From Macrostomum lignano (taxonomy: Eukaryota), in contig NIVC01001623.1 in NCBI GenBank assembly GCA_002269645.1, forward strand, positions 81,706 through 145,705: DNA of 64,000 nt. The letters are read 5' to 3'. Positions 36,090 to 49,385 of this stretch are shown here, piece by piece. The notes beneath the pieces were generated by a model. It was not told the origin of the DNA and searched no databases. It saw only the letters and a program-made list of their open reading frames with translations. Numbering within the stretch: position 1 is the stretch's first letter; the number at the start of each line of letters is the position of its first letter. The position numbers and the translations under genes were made by a program.

Positions 36090-37315
36090 CAAATGAGTGC
36101 CTACGACGCTAAAATGAGTGCCTGAAGCGCCAATAATGAGTGCCTGTGGCGCTAAAATGAGTGCCTTTGGCGCCAATAATGAGTGCCTGTGGCGCTAAAA
36201 TGAGTGCCTGTGGCGCCAATAATGAGTGCCTGTGGCGCTAAAATGAGTGCCTGAAGCGCCAATAATGAGTGCCTGTGGCGCTAAAATGAGTGCCTGTGGC
36301 GCTAAAATGAGTGCCTGCGGCGCCAATAATGAGTGCCTGTGGCGCTAAAATGAGTGCCTGTGGCGCTAAAATGAGTGCCTGTGGCGCTAAAATGAGTGCC
36401 TGAAGCGCCAATAATGAGTTCCTGTGGCGCTAAAATGAGTGCCTGTGGCGCTAAAATGAGTGCCTGCGGCGCCAATAATGAGTGCCTGTGGCGCTAAAAT
36501 GAGTGCCTGTGGCGCTAAAATGAGTGCCTGTGGCGCTAAAATGAGTGCCTGCGGCGCCAATAATGAGTGCCTGAAGCGCCAAAATGAGTGCCTGTGGCGC
36601 TAAAATGAGTGCCTGCGGCGCCAATAATGAGTGCCTGCGACGCTAAAATGAGTGCCTGAAGCGCCAAAATGAGTGCCTGCGGCGCAAAATGAGTGCCTGC
36701 GGCGCCAAAATGAGTGCCTGCGGCGCCAATAATGAGTGCCTGCGGCGCCAATAATGAGTGCCTGTGGCGCTAAAATGAGTGCCTGCGGAGCCAAAATGAG
36801 TGCCTGCGGCGCAAAATGAGTACCTGCGGAGCCAAAATGAGTGCCTGCGGCGCTAAAATGAGTGCCTGAAGCGCCAAAATGAAAAGCGCCTGTCGCGCTA
36901 AAATGAGTGCCTGCGGCGCCAATAATGAGTGCCTGTGGCGCTAAAATGAGTACCTGCGGAGCCAAAATGAGTGCCTGCGGCGCTAAAATGAGTGCCTGAA
37001 GCGCCAAAATGAAAAGCGCCTGTCGCGCTAAAATGAGTGCCTGCGGCGCCAATAATGAGTGCCTGTGGCGCTAAAATGAGTGCCTGTGGAGCCAAAATGA
37101 GTGCCTGCGGCACCAAAATGAGTGCCTGTGGCGCCAATAATGAGTGCCTAAAGCGCCAAAATGAGTGCCTGCGGAGCCAATAATGAGTGCCTGTGGCGCT
37201 AAAATGAGTGCCTGCGGCGCTAAAATGAGTGCTTGCGGCGCCTAAATGAGTGCCTGCGGCGCTAAAATGAGTGCCTGCAGCGCCAATAATGAGTGCCTGC
37301 GGGGCCAAAATGAGC
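36090..37315. repeat. Tandem array, 21/24-bp unit AAAATGAGTGCCTG(T/C)GGCGC(T/C)(AAT)
   Basis: Directly visible. A solo MITE-like end TGGCGACGCCCCTG follows near 37389-37402. Confidence 0.95.
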
Positions 37316-38227
37316 GCTGACAACACCGATTCTGCTAGTAATGTACATGTAGAATTCTTGGCTTTGTCCCCCCCCACCATAAAATCCATGGCGACGCCCC
37401 TGTGCACAGCTGCGTGGAACCAAGTTACCCATTAATGAGTTTACTCAGGAACTCGTGAGACAACTCTTGCTCACGAGATTGCCCTGCAGTGGAGCATTGG
37501 TTGGACTCAGTGTGCGGCATAAGGCCCGAACTTGTCAAAGTAATTTCTAGCACTGGTCCAGCCGAGCCACTGGACCAGTTCGTTGGCTGGGTGAACTGAA
37601 GCGCCAATAACGATGAAAACTACCGCGATTCCGAGTTTATTTTTTACGATGACGTACTGAATGCGATTGAGTGACAGGTTCTGCGGGAACCACCGCGGCC
37701 ACCTGCAGCAGCGCAAGTGTTCAAAGCTTGAAAGACTCTTTGCCTACTTTGCCTCAGTCCAAGGTTGCCACGTCCCCGGGTCATACATTTTAAACAGTAA
37801 AGTTGGTGCATTGCTACTAAGAGTAGATGACGAGCGAGTTGTTGGCTAAATCTTCCGAGAAAAACAACACTTTGACCCGGAAATTCTGCGTCTGCTCGCA
37901 CTGCTGCTCAGAGTTGCTCTTCCTCCAGTCTCTGACTGAGCTGTTTTGAGTTGGCAGTAGCCGCAGACCCCCAGTACGATTTCTGGGAATCGCGGGCCTC
38001 CAGGCATTTCTGCGCCAAATACTCTACGTGCTGTTTTTGTTGGCGTAGGAATTTCTGGCTTCGCTAAGCGCAAACATTTGCTGCACTTTGCCGAGAAATA
38101 TTTATTGATCAAGGGATTAGGCTAATCCGATAAGCTCGCATGCTTGGCATGGAGAAATTCAATTCTTGTATTTATTTCGCGCTCTGTCAAGCCACATTTT
38201 GTGCCCGTGACAGCGTTGTACGGTTTC

Positions 38228-39120
38228 TGTTGGTGACAGGTTGAGTCTGACAGTTCCTGTTGGTGACAGGTTGTGTCTGACAGTTCCTGTCGGTGACAGG
38301 TTGAATCTGACAGTTCCTGTTGGTGACAGGTTGAGTCTGACAGTTCCTGTTGGTGACAGGTTGTGTCTGACAGTTCCTGTCGGTGACAGGTTGAGTCTGA
38401 CAGTTCCTGTTGGTGACAGGTTGAGTCTGACAGTTCCTGTTGGTGACAGGTTGAATCTGACAGTTCCTGTTGGTGAGAGGTTGTGTCTGACAGTTCCTGT
38501 TGGTGACAGGTTGTCTGACAGTTCCTGTTGATGAGAGGTTGTGTCTGACAGTTCCTGTTGGTGAGAGGTTGTGTCTGACAGTTCCTGTCGGTGACAGGTT
38601 GAGTCTGACAGTTCCTGTTGGTGACAGGTTGAATCTGACAGTTCCTGTTGGTGAGAGGTTGTGTCTGACAGTTCCTGTTGGTGACAGGTTGTCTGACAGT
38701 TCCTGTTGATGAGAGGTTGTGTCTGACAGTTCCTGTTGGTGACAGGTTGTGTCTGACAGTTCCTGTTGGTGACAGGTTGTGTCTGACAGTTCCTGTTGGT
38801 GACAGGTTGTCTGACAGTTCCTGTTGATGAGAGGTTGTGTCTGACAGTTCCTGTCGGTGACAGGTTGAATTTGACAGTCCTGTCGGTGACAGTTGATGTA
38901 GAAGACAGTTCCTGTTGATGAGAGGTTGTGTCTGACAGTTCCTGTTGGTGACAGATTGTCTTACAGTTCCTGTCGGTGACAGGTTGAGTCTGACAGTTCC
39001 TGTTGGTGACAGGTTGTGTCTGACAGTTCCTGTTGGTGACAGGTTGTGTCTGACAGTTCCTGTCGGTGACAGGTTGAATTTGACAGTCCTGTCGGTGACA
39101 GTTGATGTAGAAGACAGTTC
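38228..39120. repeat. Tandem array, 30-bp unit CTGACAGTTCCTGTTGGTGACAGGTTGTGT with 25-bp variants
   Basis: Directly visible. Confidence 0.95.
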
Positions 39121-39685
39121 ACCCAATACGGTATGAAGTCGGACCGAAGTTGCTACCTCGAAGGCAGCTTACCAGTCCTGGTGCACCAGAGTTTGTACTT
39201 TTCTGCTGCACGTCGGGCCTCCTGCGCGCAAATTCGTGTTTGGGTATTTTAAAAGCATCGATCAGACTCGCTTATGAATTCATTCGCTTTCATCTCTCAC
39301 GAACTTCTTAATCCGCAGCTCTTCGGCTCGATTCGTTCGGCGCGTTTGAACCTCGAATCGGCTGATCCGAAATAGGGGGGGGGGCGTCGAATTTTCGCCG
39401 CAGGCAAAAAAATTTCTCCCGCTTTCCTCGCCGCCGCCCGCCCGCCGTCCCTGCGCATTTTTCTCCCTTTCGGTGCAAAGTTCAGCCCTGGCCAGCAGTT
39501 CGGTCGTAAACTCCAGGGGTCGCCGCTGTGTACGCGCCGGAGCGCATGGAAAGTTGAAGGCGCCTCTTTCTCTGCCCCGTTTGCCCCTTCCCGCTTTCTT
39601 CCCCTGATTGCCCTCCGAGCCCAGTTTCTGATAAAAGCGCGCGCCTACGCATCGGCAGAGGGCGAATTGCCTCCGCAAAGCAGAA

Positions 39686-42600
39686 ATGTCGCAGCAGCAG
39701 CAGCGAGTCAGCCTGAGCCGGCCGGACACCTCGCAGCCGTGGGGCTTCCGGCTGCACGGCGGCGCCGAGTTCCAGGCCCCGCTGACCATCGAGAGCGTCG
39801 CCGCCGGCTCGGTGGCAGAGCGGTGCGGCCTCCGCGCGGGCGACCTGGTGCTCGCCATCAACGGCGCGCCAGCTGGGGCCATGCAGCACGAGGCCGCCAA
39901 GATGGAGATCATCCGCTCCGGCAACAGCGTCGAATTCTTTGTGCAGCGAGGCGGAGCCGATGGAGCGGCTGGCGTTGCCACCGCGACTTGGCGGCCGGCG
40001 GTGCAGCAGGTGGCGCCTCCGCCTCAGCAGCAGCAGCACCGAAGCCAAGCTGCAATGGCGGCTGCCGCAGGCGCAACCTACAACAGTGTACCGAGGGTAA
40101 ATGCAGCTTATGAGGAGAGGGGCAGGGAAGCAGCCAGGAGGTGAAGGCAGGACTTGGCCTTGGCAAGGGTGCTGGCGCCCCTTGGTGCTGGCGCCCCTTG
40201 GTGCTGGCGCCCTTTGGTGCTGGCGCCCCTTGGTGCTGGCGCCCCTTGGTGCTGGCGCCCCTTGGTGCTGGCGCCCTTTGGTGCTGGCGCCCCTTGGTGC
40301 TGGCGCCCCTTGGTGCTGGCGCCCCTTGGTGCTGGCGCCCTTTGGTGCTGGCGCCCCTTGGTGCTGGCGCCCCTTGGTGCTGGCGCCCTTTGGTGCTGGC
40401 GCCCCTTGGTGCTGGCGCCCTTTGGTGCTGGCGCCCCTTGGTGCTGGCGCCCTTTGGTGCTGGCGCCCCTTGGTGCTGGCGCCCCTTGGTGCTGGCGCCC
40501 TTTGGTGCTGGCGCCCCTTGGTAAGCAAGAACCCGAGCCCCAGACCTCGCGAGACTTAGTCAAGGGCCATCGCAGTGCAAGGCCGCAAGTGGCAGGGCGA
40601 ATCTTCAGTTCTTCTCCCGCAGCTCCAGCTGAGTGGCATTTCCGCTGCTCCTGACATTTCGCGCATTGTCTGCCAGTCCGCGCACTTCTGTCCGGGCAGA
40701 GGGGAAGGCGGTCGTGGCCAATTCGAACCGCACAGCCCCCCCTTCCCCCCGGGGATTTGACGGGCGCATCTTCAATTAGAAATCTGAATGGAAGTCCCGC
40801 CCGCCCAGCAACTGGCAAAGTGCGGCTGCAGACTCTGCAAAATGAAGCTCAGCACCGCGCCTTGCAGATCGCTTTCGCATCTTCCAAGCCCTGCTTCTCG
40901 GGGAAGGCCGGGGTTGATGAAGCGCGTGTGACATTAGCGCGCTCGGGCGTAAGCGTCAGCCATTTCGAGATTCCGATGGTTTTTATTGAATTGGCATCCC
41001 GGCAGTGTAGCTGGGCAGCATTTAAACTAGATTATAAGTACACAGGAGAAATAAGTATGCATTATTTGTGCCAGTGAAGGAGCATGTCATTGAAACGCGC
41101 ACAAGTGAAGCGTACGGCCTTCGACACAGAGGAAGCTTAGAGCCGGAGATCGCAGCCCAAGGAGGGATTCGACCACCCGCGGAGATTTCCACGTCTTTTC
41201 AATCTGTGGTTCCGCTTTGCCATGATGAACGAATCGAAACCAAATCTTAACATCAAGGACCATTTTGAAACACTGGGACACAGCATTTAAGATTGTTATC
41301 TTCCAAAATTTCAGCACCCCAGAATCCCGAAATCCCAGATTTCCAAAATCCCAGATTCCCAAAATTCCTAATTCCTGAAATCCCAGAATCCCGAAATCCC
41401 AGAATCCCAAAATCCCAGATTACCAAAATCCCAGATTTCCGAAATCCCAGAATCCCAAAATTCCAAATTCCTGAAATCCCAGAATCCCGAAATCCCAGAA
41501 TCCCAAAATCCCAGATTACCAAAATCCCAGATTTCCTAAATCCCAGAATCCCAAAATCCCAGAATCCCGAAATCCCAGAATCCCGAAATCCCAGAATCCC
41601 GAAATCCCAGAATCCCGAAATCCCAGAATCCCGAAATCCCAAAATCCCGAAATCCCAGATTCCCAAAATCCAAGATTCCCAAAATCCAAGATTCCTGAAA
41701 TCCCAGAATCCCGAAATCCCAGAATCTCGAAATCCCAGGCTCTCGAAATCCCAGCTTCCCGAAATCCCAGACTCCCGAAATCCCAGAATCCCGAAATCCC
41801 AGACTTTCGAAATCCCAGACTCCCGAAATCCCAGATTCCTGAAATCCCAGGCTCTCGAAATCCCAGAATCCCGAAATCCCAGATTCCTGAAATCCCAGGC
41901 TCTCGAAATCCCAGAATCCCGAAATCCCAGAATCCCGAAATCCCAGAATCCCGAAATCTCAGAATCCCGAAATCCCAGAATCCCAAAATCCCAGATTTCC
42001 AAAATCCCAAACTCCCAAAATCCCAAATTCTTGAAATCCCAGAATCCTGAAATTCCAAAATTCCATAAACCCAAAATCTCGAAATCCCAGGATCCTGAAG
42101 ACCCAGAATCCCAGAATATTTGAAAGCTCAGACTGTACCACCTCCCTCCATCTGCAGGCGAGCGGCTCCCCCCAGCCGGCGGGCCCGTCTTCTCCCGGGT
42201 ACGCCGCAGGCGGCGGCGGGTTCAACAACAGCCCGCGGCCCTTCAACATCGGCCGCACGGTGACCACCACGCCGGGCGGGCGCACCAAGCAGGTGTTCCA
42301 CAACAACTACAACTCGCCCTCCGGCCTGTACGCCAGCGGCTTCGTGCAGGCGACCTTCGACAGCACCCTGCGTGCGGCCAGTCAGGACGCTGACGGTGGC
42401 GGTCATCGGCTGGCGGCATCGGCTTCGTCGGGGGCTTCGGCTGCATCGGCGGACGGTTCGGCGCACCAGCTGGTGGTGGCGGACCCGGCGACTCCGCGGC
42501 CCAACCTGGCCGGCGCTTCCATGTACTGCGGCGCCTGCGGCGACATGATCAAAGGCGTCTTCGTGCGGGTGCAGGGCAGCGTGCCGATGCACCCGGAGTG

Positions 42601-42742
42601 CCTGAAGTGCGCAAAGTGCGGCGTCGGGCTGCGGCACTGCGGCTACTTCTACATCGAGGGCAAGCTGTACTGCGAGACCCACGCTAAGCAGGTGGCCGCG
42701 CCGCCAGAGCCCGGGCTCAAGCCGGTGCCCGTGTACAAGTGA
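39686..42742 (+). CDS. ALP-subfamily PDZ-ZM-LIM protein (PDLIM1-4-like); exons 39686-40096, 42158-42742; 331 aa
   Basis: N-terminal PDZ (PWGFRLHGG...GLRAGDLVLAING), ZM motif VFHNNYNSPSGLY and a single C-terminal LIM (CGAC...HPECLKCAKC...YCETH). Phase-0 junction AGG|gtaaat...ctgcag|GCG. Confidence 0.92.
40158..40522. repeat. Intronic tandem array, 16/17-bp unit TTGGTGCTGGCGCCCC(T)
   Basis: Directly visible; starts about 60 bp after the donor. Confidence 0.95.
41320..42115. repeat. Intronic array of 8-9-bp AATCCC(A)G/AATCCCGA units
   Basis: Directly visible; ends about 40 bp before the acceptor. Confidence 0.95.
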
Positions 42743-42754
42743 ACTCGCAACCTG

Positions 42755-43010
42755 CGTACAAGTCTATTGACCGCATGTACAAGTCTTGGGATTATATGTA
42801 CAACTGTATGTACAAGCCTTCTCTGTACAAGTCTATGGGAAACCTGTGTACAAGTCTATGGGGAACTTGTGTACAAGTCTAAGTAGAACGTGGGCAAGTC
42901 TCAGCCAGTCTCATGTGTACGTGTCCAATTGGCGATGTACTTAAGTCTACGCACAAGTCTATAGGCAATTTTAGGCATCAGAAGATAAGCGTACAAGTCA
43001 ATAGAAATTC
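42755..43010. repeat. Degenerate TGTACAAGTCT repeats downstream of the PDZ-LIM stop codon
   Basis: About ten imperfect copies beginning with the last codons (gtgtacaagtga). Confidence 0.6.
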
Positions 43011-44501
43011 TGTGTGCGAGTTAATTGAATTCTTCACAATCGGTTAATAGGGTCATTGGATAGCGAGGCAGAGGCAGCTCCCTACTCTTACCTCGTGACC
43101 CCGTATTTAAGAATAAATATTGCATCTGACGGACTCCCCCCCCCGGAACCAACAGCCGTCACTACGCTGCAATTACAGATAAAGGAGAGAGGCCGGTGTT
43201 TGGGAAAATTCTCATGATTCGCCTCTAGATTTGTTTATTTGACCTGAAGAGTCGAAGAAGCGGCCTGACTGATGGATGGCCCAGCAGGCACCGCGACTTC
43301 CCCGGTCACCTCAGAGCCACCCCCTTGGACACAGCAGCCTCGCCTCCCCGTCTCCTATCGCTACTTCACCTTCAGCCACAAACTGTTTCAAAGCCTTTTC
43401 CTGCAGAGCGGCAAGGCGGCAGTTTGCTATTCGGAACCCCTTGCTACTCCGCCGGGAACTCCGATATGCAGAAGCCCGGATCACCCGGGGCCTGATGATG
43501 TATCGAATCTGGAAACCTGGGATCCGCCATCCATATTTCGAATCTTTGCTTTAAACTGCAAACCCTCGCTTCGCTTGTAACTTTTCCCTCCTAACCCTTG
43601 CGCGCCAGTTCTCTGCTCGAGAACTCATCGCCCAGCTGCTCAGCTGGAGAAATACAACTCAATGCTGTGCTAAAATTTTACGGCACTCATTAAGAAGAAC
43701 CGAATTTTCCAGCCATAATTACTGACAGGTGTGCATTTCTTTCTTTGTCTTTGTCAGGTCTCGGACCGGATCTGGGACCGGATCTCGGGTTCAAAAAACG
43801 ACTTTTTCTCAATATAATTAGCGGCCGACCGCTCGTGTTCCGGCGGCCGCTCTTTGGCGAACTCCCGGGCAGTCGGCAATCGAGGTGGGCGCCGCGTCTC
43901 CGCTCGAGTTCAGAAAGCTGCTGCTGCTCGAGTCGCCACGCAGGCAATGGCAAGTCCGCCCCCCCCCCCTAATTAATCACAAAAGACCCCCTTGCCCTCT
44001 ATCTTGCTCAGCTCGCTCCCTCGCTCTTGTCTAGCGCAGAGGCCTTGGAGTCGTTCTCTCAGAGTCTCATCAATCTGACGTCCCCTCTCTGCAGCCTGTG
44101 TGCAAGGAGCTCTGCGGCATGTAGCTGAGGGGACGGGAGGGGGCAGTGGAGGCAAGAGCGCGGAGCCGCAATCCCATTTCCTGATCTGCAGGCGATCCGG
44201 AGAGCCGGGACAGCGGGAGCCCCCGCGGCGCCCGCCCCGCCTCACAAGCCGTCAGCCCGTCAAGCATTGAAAGCTCAGCAGCAGCTGAGCAGGCAGGCCA
44301 AATGAAAGGTATTTGGCCATAATAGCAGGGGGGCCGCTCGGTTTGCCACCTCAGTGCTCTGCAGGCCAATCGCATTGAGCCGGAGCAGGGGGGCAGGGAG
44401 GCACTGCAGGCCCCCATAAACACGGCCTGCCAGCTGCGATGTGGGAGCGCACTGGAGCACGGCCTGAGCTGAGCACGGTAACTCACTCAGCAGGCGTCAA
44501 A

Positions 44502-47500
44502 ATGGAACACCAGACAGAGCGGCAGGATTCGCCAGCTCAGACAGACAATGCCCGAGGCAGCTGCGCCGGAGGCGACGGTGGAGTCGGCGGTGGAGTCGGC
44601 GGTGGAGTCGGCGGTGGAGTCGGCGGTGGAGTCGGCGGTGGAGTCGGCAGTGGAGTCGGCGGTGGAGTCGGCGGTGGAGTCGGCGGCGGCGACGTGGGCT
44701 GCGTCTCGGAGCTGCAGGCCTGCGCACAGCAGCTGGCGCGGCTGAAGCAGCTGGTGGCAGCAGACGGGCTCACCCGCGACGAGATCGTAGCCTCGCTGTC
44801 GGAGGCCGGCCGCCTTCTCGAGTCCGCGGTGCAGCAGCGCACGCGCGGGCGGGAGGACGATGAGGACCTGTTCCGGAAGCCGGGGGGCTCCGCCGATGGC
44901 ACTCTGGAAGTTCCGGAGAAGGTGCAGGAGTGGCTGAACTTCACTTTCACCCGGAGAGCCAGCGAGGCCGTGTTCCGCCGACGCCGCCTCCGCAGTCTGG
45001 CCACGGTGATCCAGACCGGGGTGTACATCGATCGCCTGTTCCGCCGCCGCCGGAGCCTGGCTGCGCCCGGCGTGTCGCTGCCGGCGGAGGTCCGCGCCTG
45101 TCTCGACCAGGGCGCCGCCTCGTGGGACTTCGACGTGTTCCGCCTGTCCGAGCTGAGCTCCGGCCGGCCAGTCAGGGCGATGGGGCTGCACCTGTTCCAG
45201 CGTCTGGACCTCATCGAGAAGTTCTCCATATCTGTGCCCGCGCTAGAGGCCTTCCTGGACATGATGGAGGAGGGCTACCGCCTGCACGGCAACCCCTACC
45301 ACAACTGCGCGCACTCGGCGGACGTGGCGCAGACCTGCTGCTACATCGTCCGGCAGCACGGCCTGACGGGCTGGCTGAGCGACTTGGAGGTCTTCAGCCT
45401 GCTGTTCGCCGCGCTGGTGCACGACTTCGAGCACACCGGGACCACCAACGGCTTCCACGTGCAGACGGCCTCCCAGTTGGCCGTGGTGTACAACGACAAG
45501 GCCGTGCTGGAGAATCACCACGTCAGCGCCGTGTTCAAGAGGCTGCTGGATGCAGACTCAAGGTGATTTGTGGTCAAAAGTAGTGCTTCCAAATGGAATT
45601 AACGCTGACTTTTCTTTCTGGGAAGGTACTAAAGGTGTTGAAAGGGCTGAAGGGGCTGAAGGGGCTGAAGGGGCTGAAGGGGCTGAAGGGGCTGCAGGGG
45701 CTGAAGAGGCTGAAGGGGCTGAAGAGGCTGAAGAGGCTGAAGAGGCTGAAGGGGCTGAAGGAGTTGAAGGAGTTTAAGGAGTTTAAGGGGCTGAATGGGC
45801 TGAAGGGGCTGAAGGGGCTGAAGGGGCTGAAGGGGCTGAAGGAGTGGAGGAGCTGGAGGTCCGTCAAGCCGGTGTTGCACGCTGCAACACACCAGTTCAA
45901 AGGCGCGAACATCGGTCATGCCGCCGACAGAATGCGGGCAGACGCTGAGAGCGCCCCTGTCCTCGCGCCAGTAGGGCGCCTGTAGCGTCAGCAGCTCGTT
46001 GCCAGAAAAACTAAAGAAACATAGCAGCAGATTTTGTTGCGGCACCAGCTTCGCTTGGCAACGAGTCCACAACCAATTACCCCGCAGGTGCAACATCCTG
46101 CAGAACATGGGCCACGTGGAGTTCCGTCAGTTCCGCTCGATGGTCATCGACATGGTGCTGGCCACGGACATGTCCACCCACTTTGCCCAGGTGTCCGCCA
46201 TGAAGGAGGGCAGCCTGTGTCCGGAGAACCTGCCCCGGGTGGAAATTCTGTCCTACATCCTGCACTCGGCCGACATCAGCCACCCCGCCAAGGGCTGGTC
46301 GCTGCACGAGCGCTGGACGCACCTGCTCAGCGAGGAGTTCTTTGCCCAGGGCGACAAGGAGAAGCAGCTGGGGATGCAGTGCAGCCCGCTGTGCGACCGG
46401 GAGAAGACGATGATAGCTGCCTCGCAAGTCGGTGAGACTGGAAAGGATCAGGGCATCCGTGGGGATCAGGGCATCCGTGGGGATCAGGGCATCCGTGGGG
46501 ATCAGGGCATCCGTGGGGATCAGGGCATCCGTGGGGATCAGGGCATCCGTGGGGATCAGGGCATCCGTGGGGATCAGGGCATCCGTGGGGATCAGGGCAT
46601 CCGTGGGGATCAGGGCATCCGTGGGGATCAGGGCATCCGTGGAGACTGGTTGCTCAGTAACGGCAATGACATTATTGACATTTCGGAAGGCAGCTGGTAT
46701 TCTTAGAGAACTCGGGACGTAGCTCGTAACTGAGAAATTTTCTCGAAGCCAGCAACAGTAATTTATCGAGGTAGCCGGTCTGCTGCCTTCAGTTATGAGG
46801 ATAATTCTCCCCTAAGATTGTCCGCGCAAGTCTCGCAGTCCCCAGAGGGATTTCATAATAGGGATTTCCTGGCTGCGAGCCGTCGCTTTGAATGAAATTT
46901 TTGTATGATAATGAATGGCGCCTGGGGCTTGGGAATTTTGGATTGAAGCTTGCAGATAAGAGAGAAAAAGAGACTGGATCAGTCACCCTGCTCACTCCCC
47001 CAATCACTCAGTCACCTCCCTGCTCACTCCCCCAATCACTCAGTCACCTCCCTGCTCACTCCCCCAATCACTCAGTCACCTCCCTGCTCACTCCCCCAAT
47101 CACTCAGTCACCTCCCTGCTCACTCCCCCAATCACTCAGTCACCTCCCTGCTCACTCCCCCAATCACTCAGTCACCTCCCTGCTCACTCCCCCAATCACT
47201 CAGTCACCTCCCTGCTCACTCCCCCAATCACTCAGTGACCTCCCTGCTCACTCCCCCAATCACTCAGTCACCTCCCTGCTCACTCCCCCAATCACTCAGT
47301 GACCTTACTGCTCACCTGGCTCGCTGAGTAGAGGACGCTCAGGGGACGCAGAGGCTCAGCTGATCAGTAAATCAGAGTTCGCGAAGCGCAAATCGTGTCG
47401 AACAGAGAACTGAATAATTCGATTTCAGCTCGACGCGGTGACGGGAAACCAAGGCGAGGGGACACCTGCAATCGAATTGTGGCAACTGAATAACTGGCTG

Positions 47501-48566
47501 AGATCTGCCTTCGCGGGCGAGGCGGGGGGACAGAGTGGGGGAGGGGAATCGAGAGGCGAGATAAAAGCTTGGCTGGGGAACGGGAAGATTGGCCCAGCTG
47601 TCTTCCGCAGGCTGCGCAGCTGCGGGGATTCCTGCCCTTTTCCTGCCGTGTGAGCACCGGGCAGAGCGCCTTGAAGCAGCGGATGGGAAGCAGCGGACAG
47701 GCAGACAAGGATCTTGTGGCTGGAGTCCCTGCAGCCCCGCTCTTCAATTCATTCTTTCAAAAAAAATCCATCCCAACCCCGCAAGGAGGCTGGGCTATGG
47801 GGAAGTATCTGAGCATCTCCAGCTCCGGCTTCTGGCTTTCTCAAATTCCTGAATCATTGATAGGGGGTAGGGAAGCCCTCAGGAGATGCCCAGGGAAGCG
47901 AGAGTAGCTGTTGAAACCGATATTCTTGCCCTCTGTACTATGTAGAAGGATGTAAATTCAGGACAAATGCACACTGGAAACACAGAAACTCCTGCCGATC
48001 AGCCTTGCGGGCTCACTGCGGCCACCTCGAGGGTCGAACATGTAATAATGATCCCATTTAACTGCGTACTAACCGCGACCACCTCTGCTTAACTCTAGAA
48101 ACCCGATTTTAGCTTCGGCTATAGGCTTAAAGGTTCTCCAGTCCATTTCGTACGGTTTGGAAGCGCGGCGTCCTTGCGCGTTCAGCTGTCCATGACTTTC
48201 ACCTGTCCGATCCCTCCCGAAGGCTTCATCGAGTACATCGTGGAGCCGTGCTTCCGCACCCTGCTGCAGCTGCTGAACGGCGTCCAGGAGCTCAGCAAGA
48301 AGGCCAGCGACGACATCGACGAGCAGCAGAGCGAGGAGGCCGCGGAGCCCGAGAACGCCGACGAAGCGAAGCCGCCGCCGGAGCCGCCGACTTCGCCGCC
48401 CCCGCCACCGCAGTCAACGCCGCCGAATGAGGCGACCTGGCGGCCACTGGAGCTGCTGGCGAGCAACAAGGAGCGGTGGAGGAGCCGGGCGGAGGCGGAC
48501 GCCAGGCAGATCGCCAGCATCGAGGAGGTGGGCGAGGAGGACTCGGCGGCGGTCAGGAGCGACTGA
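44502..48566 (+). CDS. PDE1: Ca2+/calmodulin-dependent cyclic nucleotide phosphodiesterase (PDE1); exons 44502-45562, 46088-46431, 48223-48566; about 582 aa
   Basis: PDE1 N-region VPEKVQEWLNFTFT...RLRSLATVIQTGVYIDRLFR; catalytic motifs PYHN, HDFEH, LENHH, LATD, HSADISHP, EEFFAQGD and invariant Gln SQVGF split by intron 2. Junctions are phase-compatible. Confidence 0.95.
45640..45845. repeat. PDE1 intron 1 array, 9-bp unit GAAGGGGCT
   Basis: Directly visible. Confidence 0.95.
46447..46642. repeat. PDE1 intron 2 array, 18-bp unit GGGGATCAGGGCATCCGT, about 11 copies
   Basis: Directly visible; begins about 15 nt after the donor. Confidence 0.95.
46978..47302. repeat. PDE1 intron 2 array, 32-bp unit CAGTCACCTCCCTGCTCACTCCCCCAATCACT, about 10 copies
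   Basis: Directly visible. Confidence 0.95.
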
Positions 48567-49049
48567 GCGGCCGGCCTCTTCGAATTTCGAGGAGAAAAGT
48601 CCGCAGACACCGGGGTGCTCAAGAAGACCGAGCCCGCCTTCCACAGAATAATTTGCGCTGAGTCAGTTTTCATTCATTGCATCGTACCCGACTGGATGAA
48701 GTTGAAACCGTCATTGAGGGCGTAGCAGAATCTTTTAAACTTACTCACATTATCAAGATAAATTAGATGTGACCATTTTTTAACGTCGGAACGCCGTCTA
48801 ATTTAGAAAAAAATTTAGTTCTACATTTAGTTTCTATTTAGTTAAAGTATTTTCTGCTATTTTCAATATGCGACTTCTATTAGCTTCAGGAGGCTGCAAG
48901 TCCAATGTTTTATTTGGTCAGAATCTGCCCTGTGCAGCAGCTCTGGCCTGTCTTGCCCTGTTCGAATTTGGATAAACTGACTGTCAGCTCCCCGAGCCTT
49001 ACAGTTTGTTTTCAAGTTTTTTATTGGCAGAAAAATGCAGCCCTGTGAG

Positions 49050-49385
49050 CGTCTCTGACATTGCTGACATTCTCGGAGCTTCTCAATGGTCCTGTGATCT
49101 CTGACATCCCTGACATTCTCAGAGCTTCTCAATGGTCCTGTGAGCGTCTCTGACATCCCTGACATTCTCAGAGCTTCTCAATGGTCCTGTGATCTCTGAC
49201 ATCCCTGACATTCTCAGAGCTTCTCAATGGTCCTGTGATCGTCTCTGACATCCCTGACATTCTCAGAGCTTCTCAATGGTCCTGTGATCTCTGACATCCC
49301 TGACATTCTCAGAGCTTCTCAATGGTCCTGTGATCTCTGATATTGCTGACATTCTCAGAGCTTCTCAATGGTCATGTGAGCATCT
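49050..49385. repeat. Tandem array, about 46-bp unit CTCTGACATCCCTGACATTCTCAGAGCTTCTCAATGGTCCTGTGAT, about 7 copies
   Basis: Directly visible. Confidence 0.9.

Noticed and set aside
40620-40720. Extra PDZ-LIM exon after ttctcccgcag
   Set aside because: An acceptor-like site exists, but there is no convincing donor or family-like sequence.
41253-42123. 273-276-aa repeat ORFs on both strands
   Set aside because: They lie in the PDZ-LIM intron array; the two-exon model already gives a complete 331-aa protein.
28507-48673. Numerous long alternative-frame and antisense ORFs overlapping KDM4, PDZ-LIM and PDE1 exons
   Set aside because: Expected shadow ORFs of very GC-rich coding sequence.
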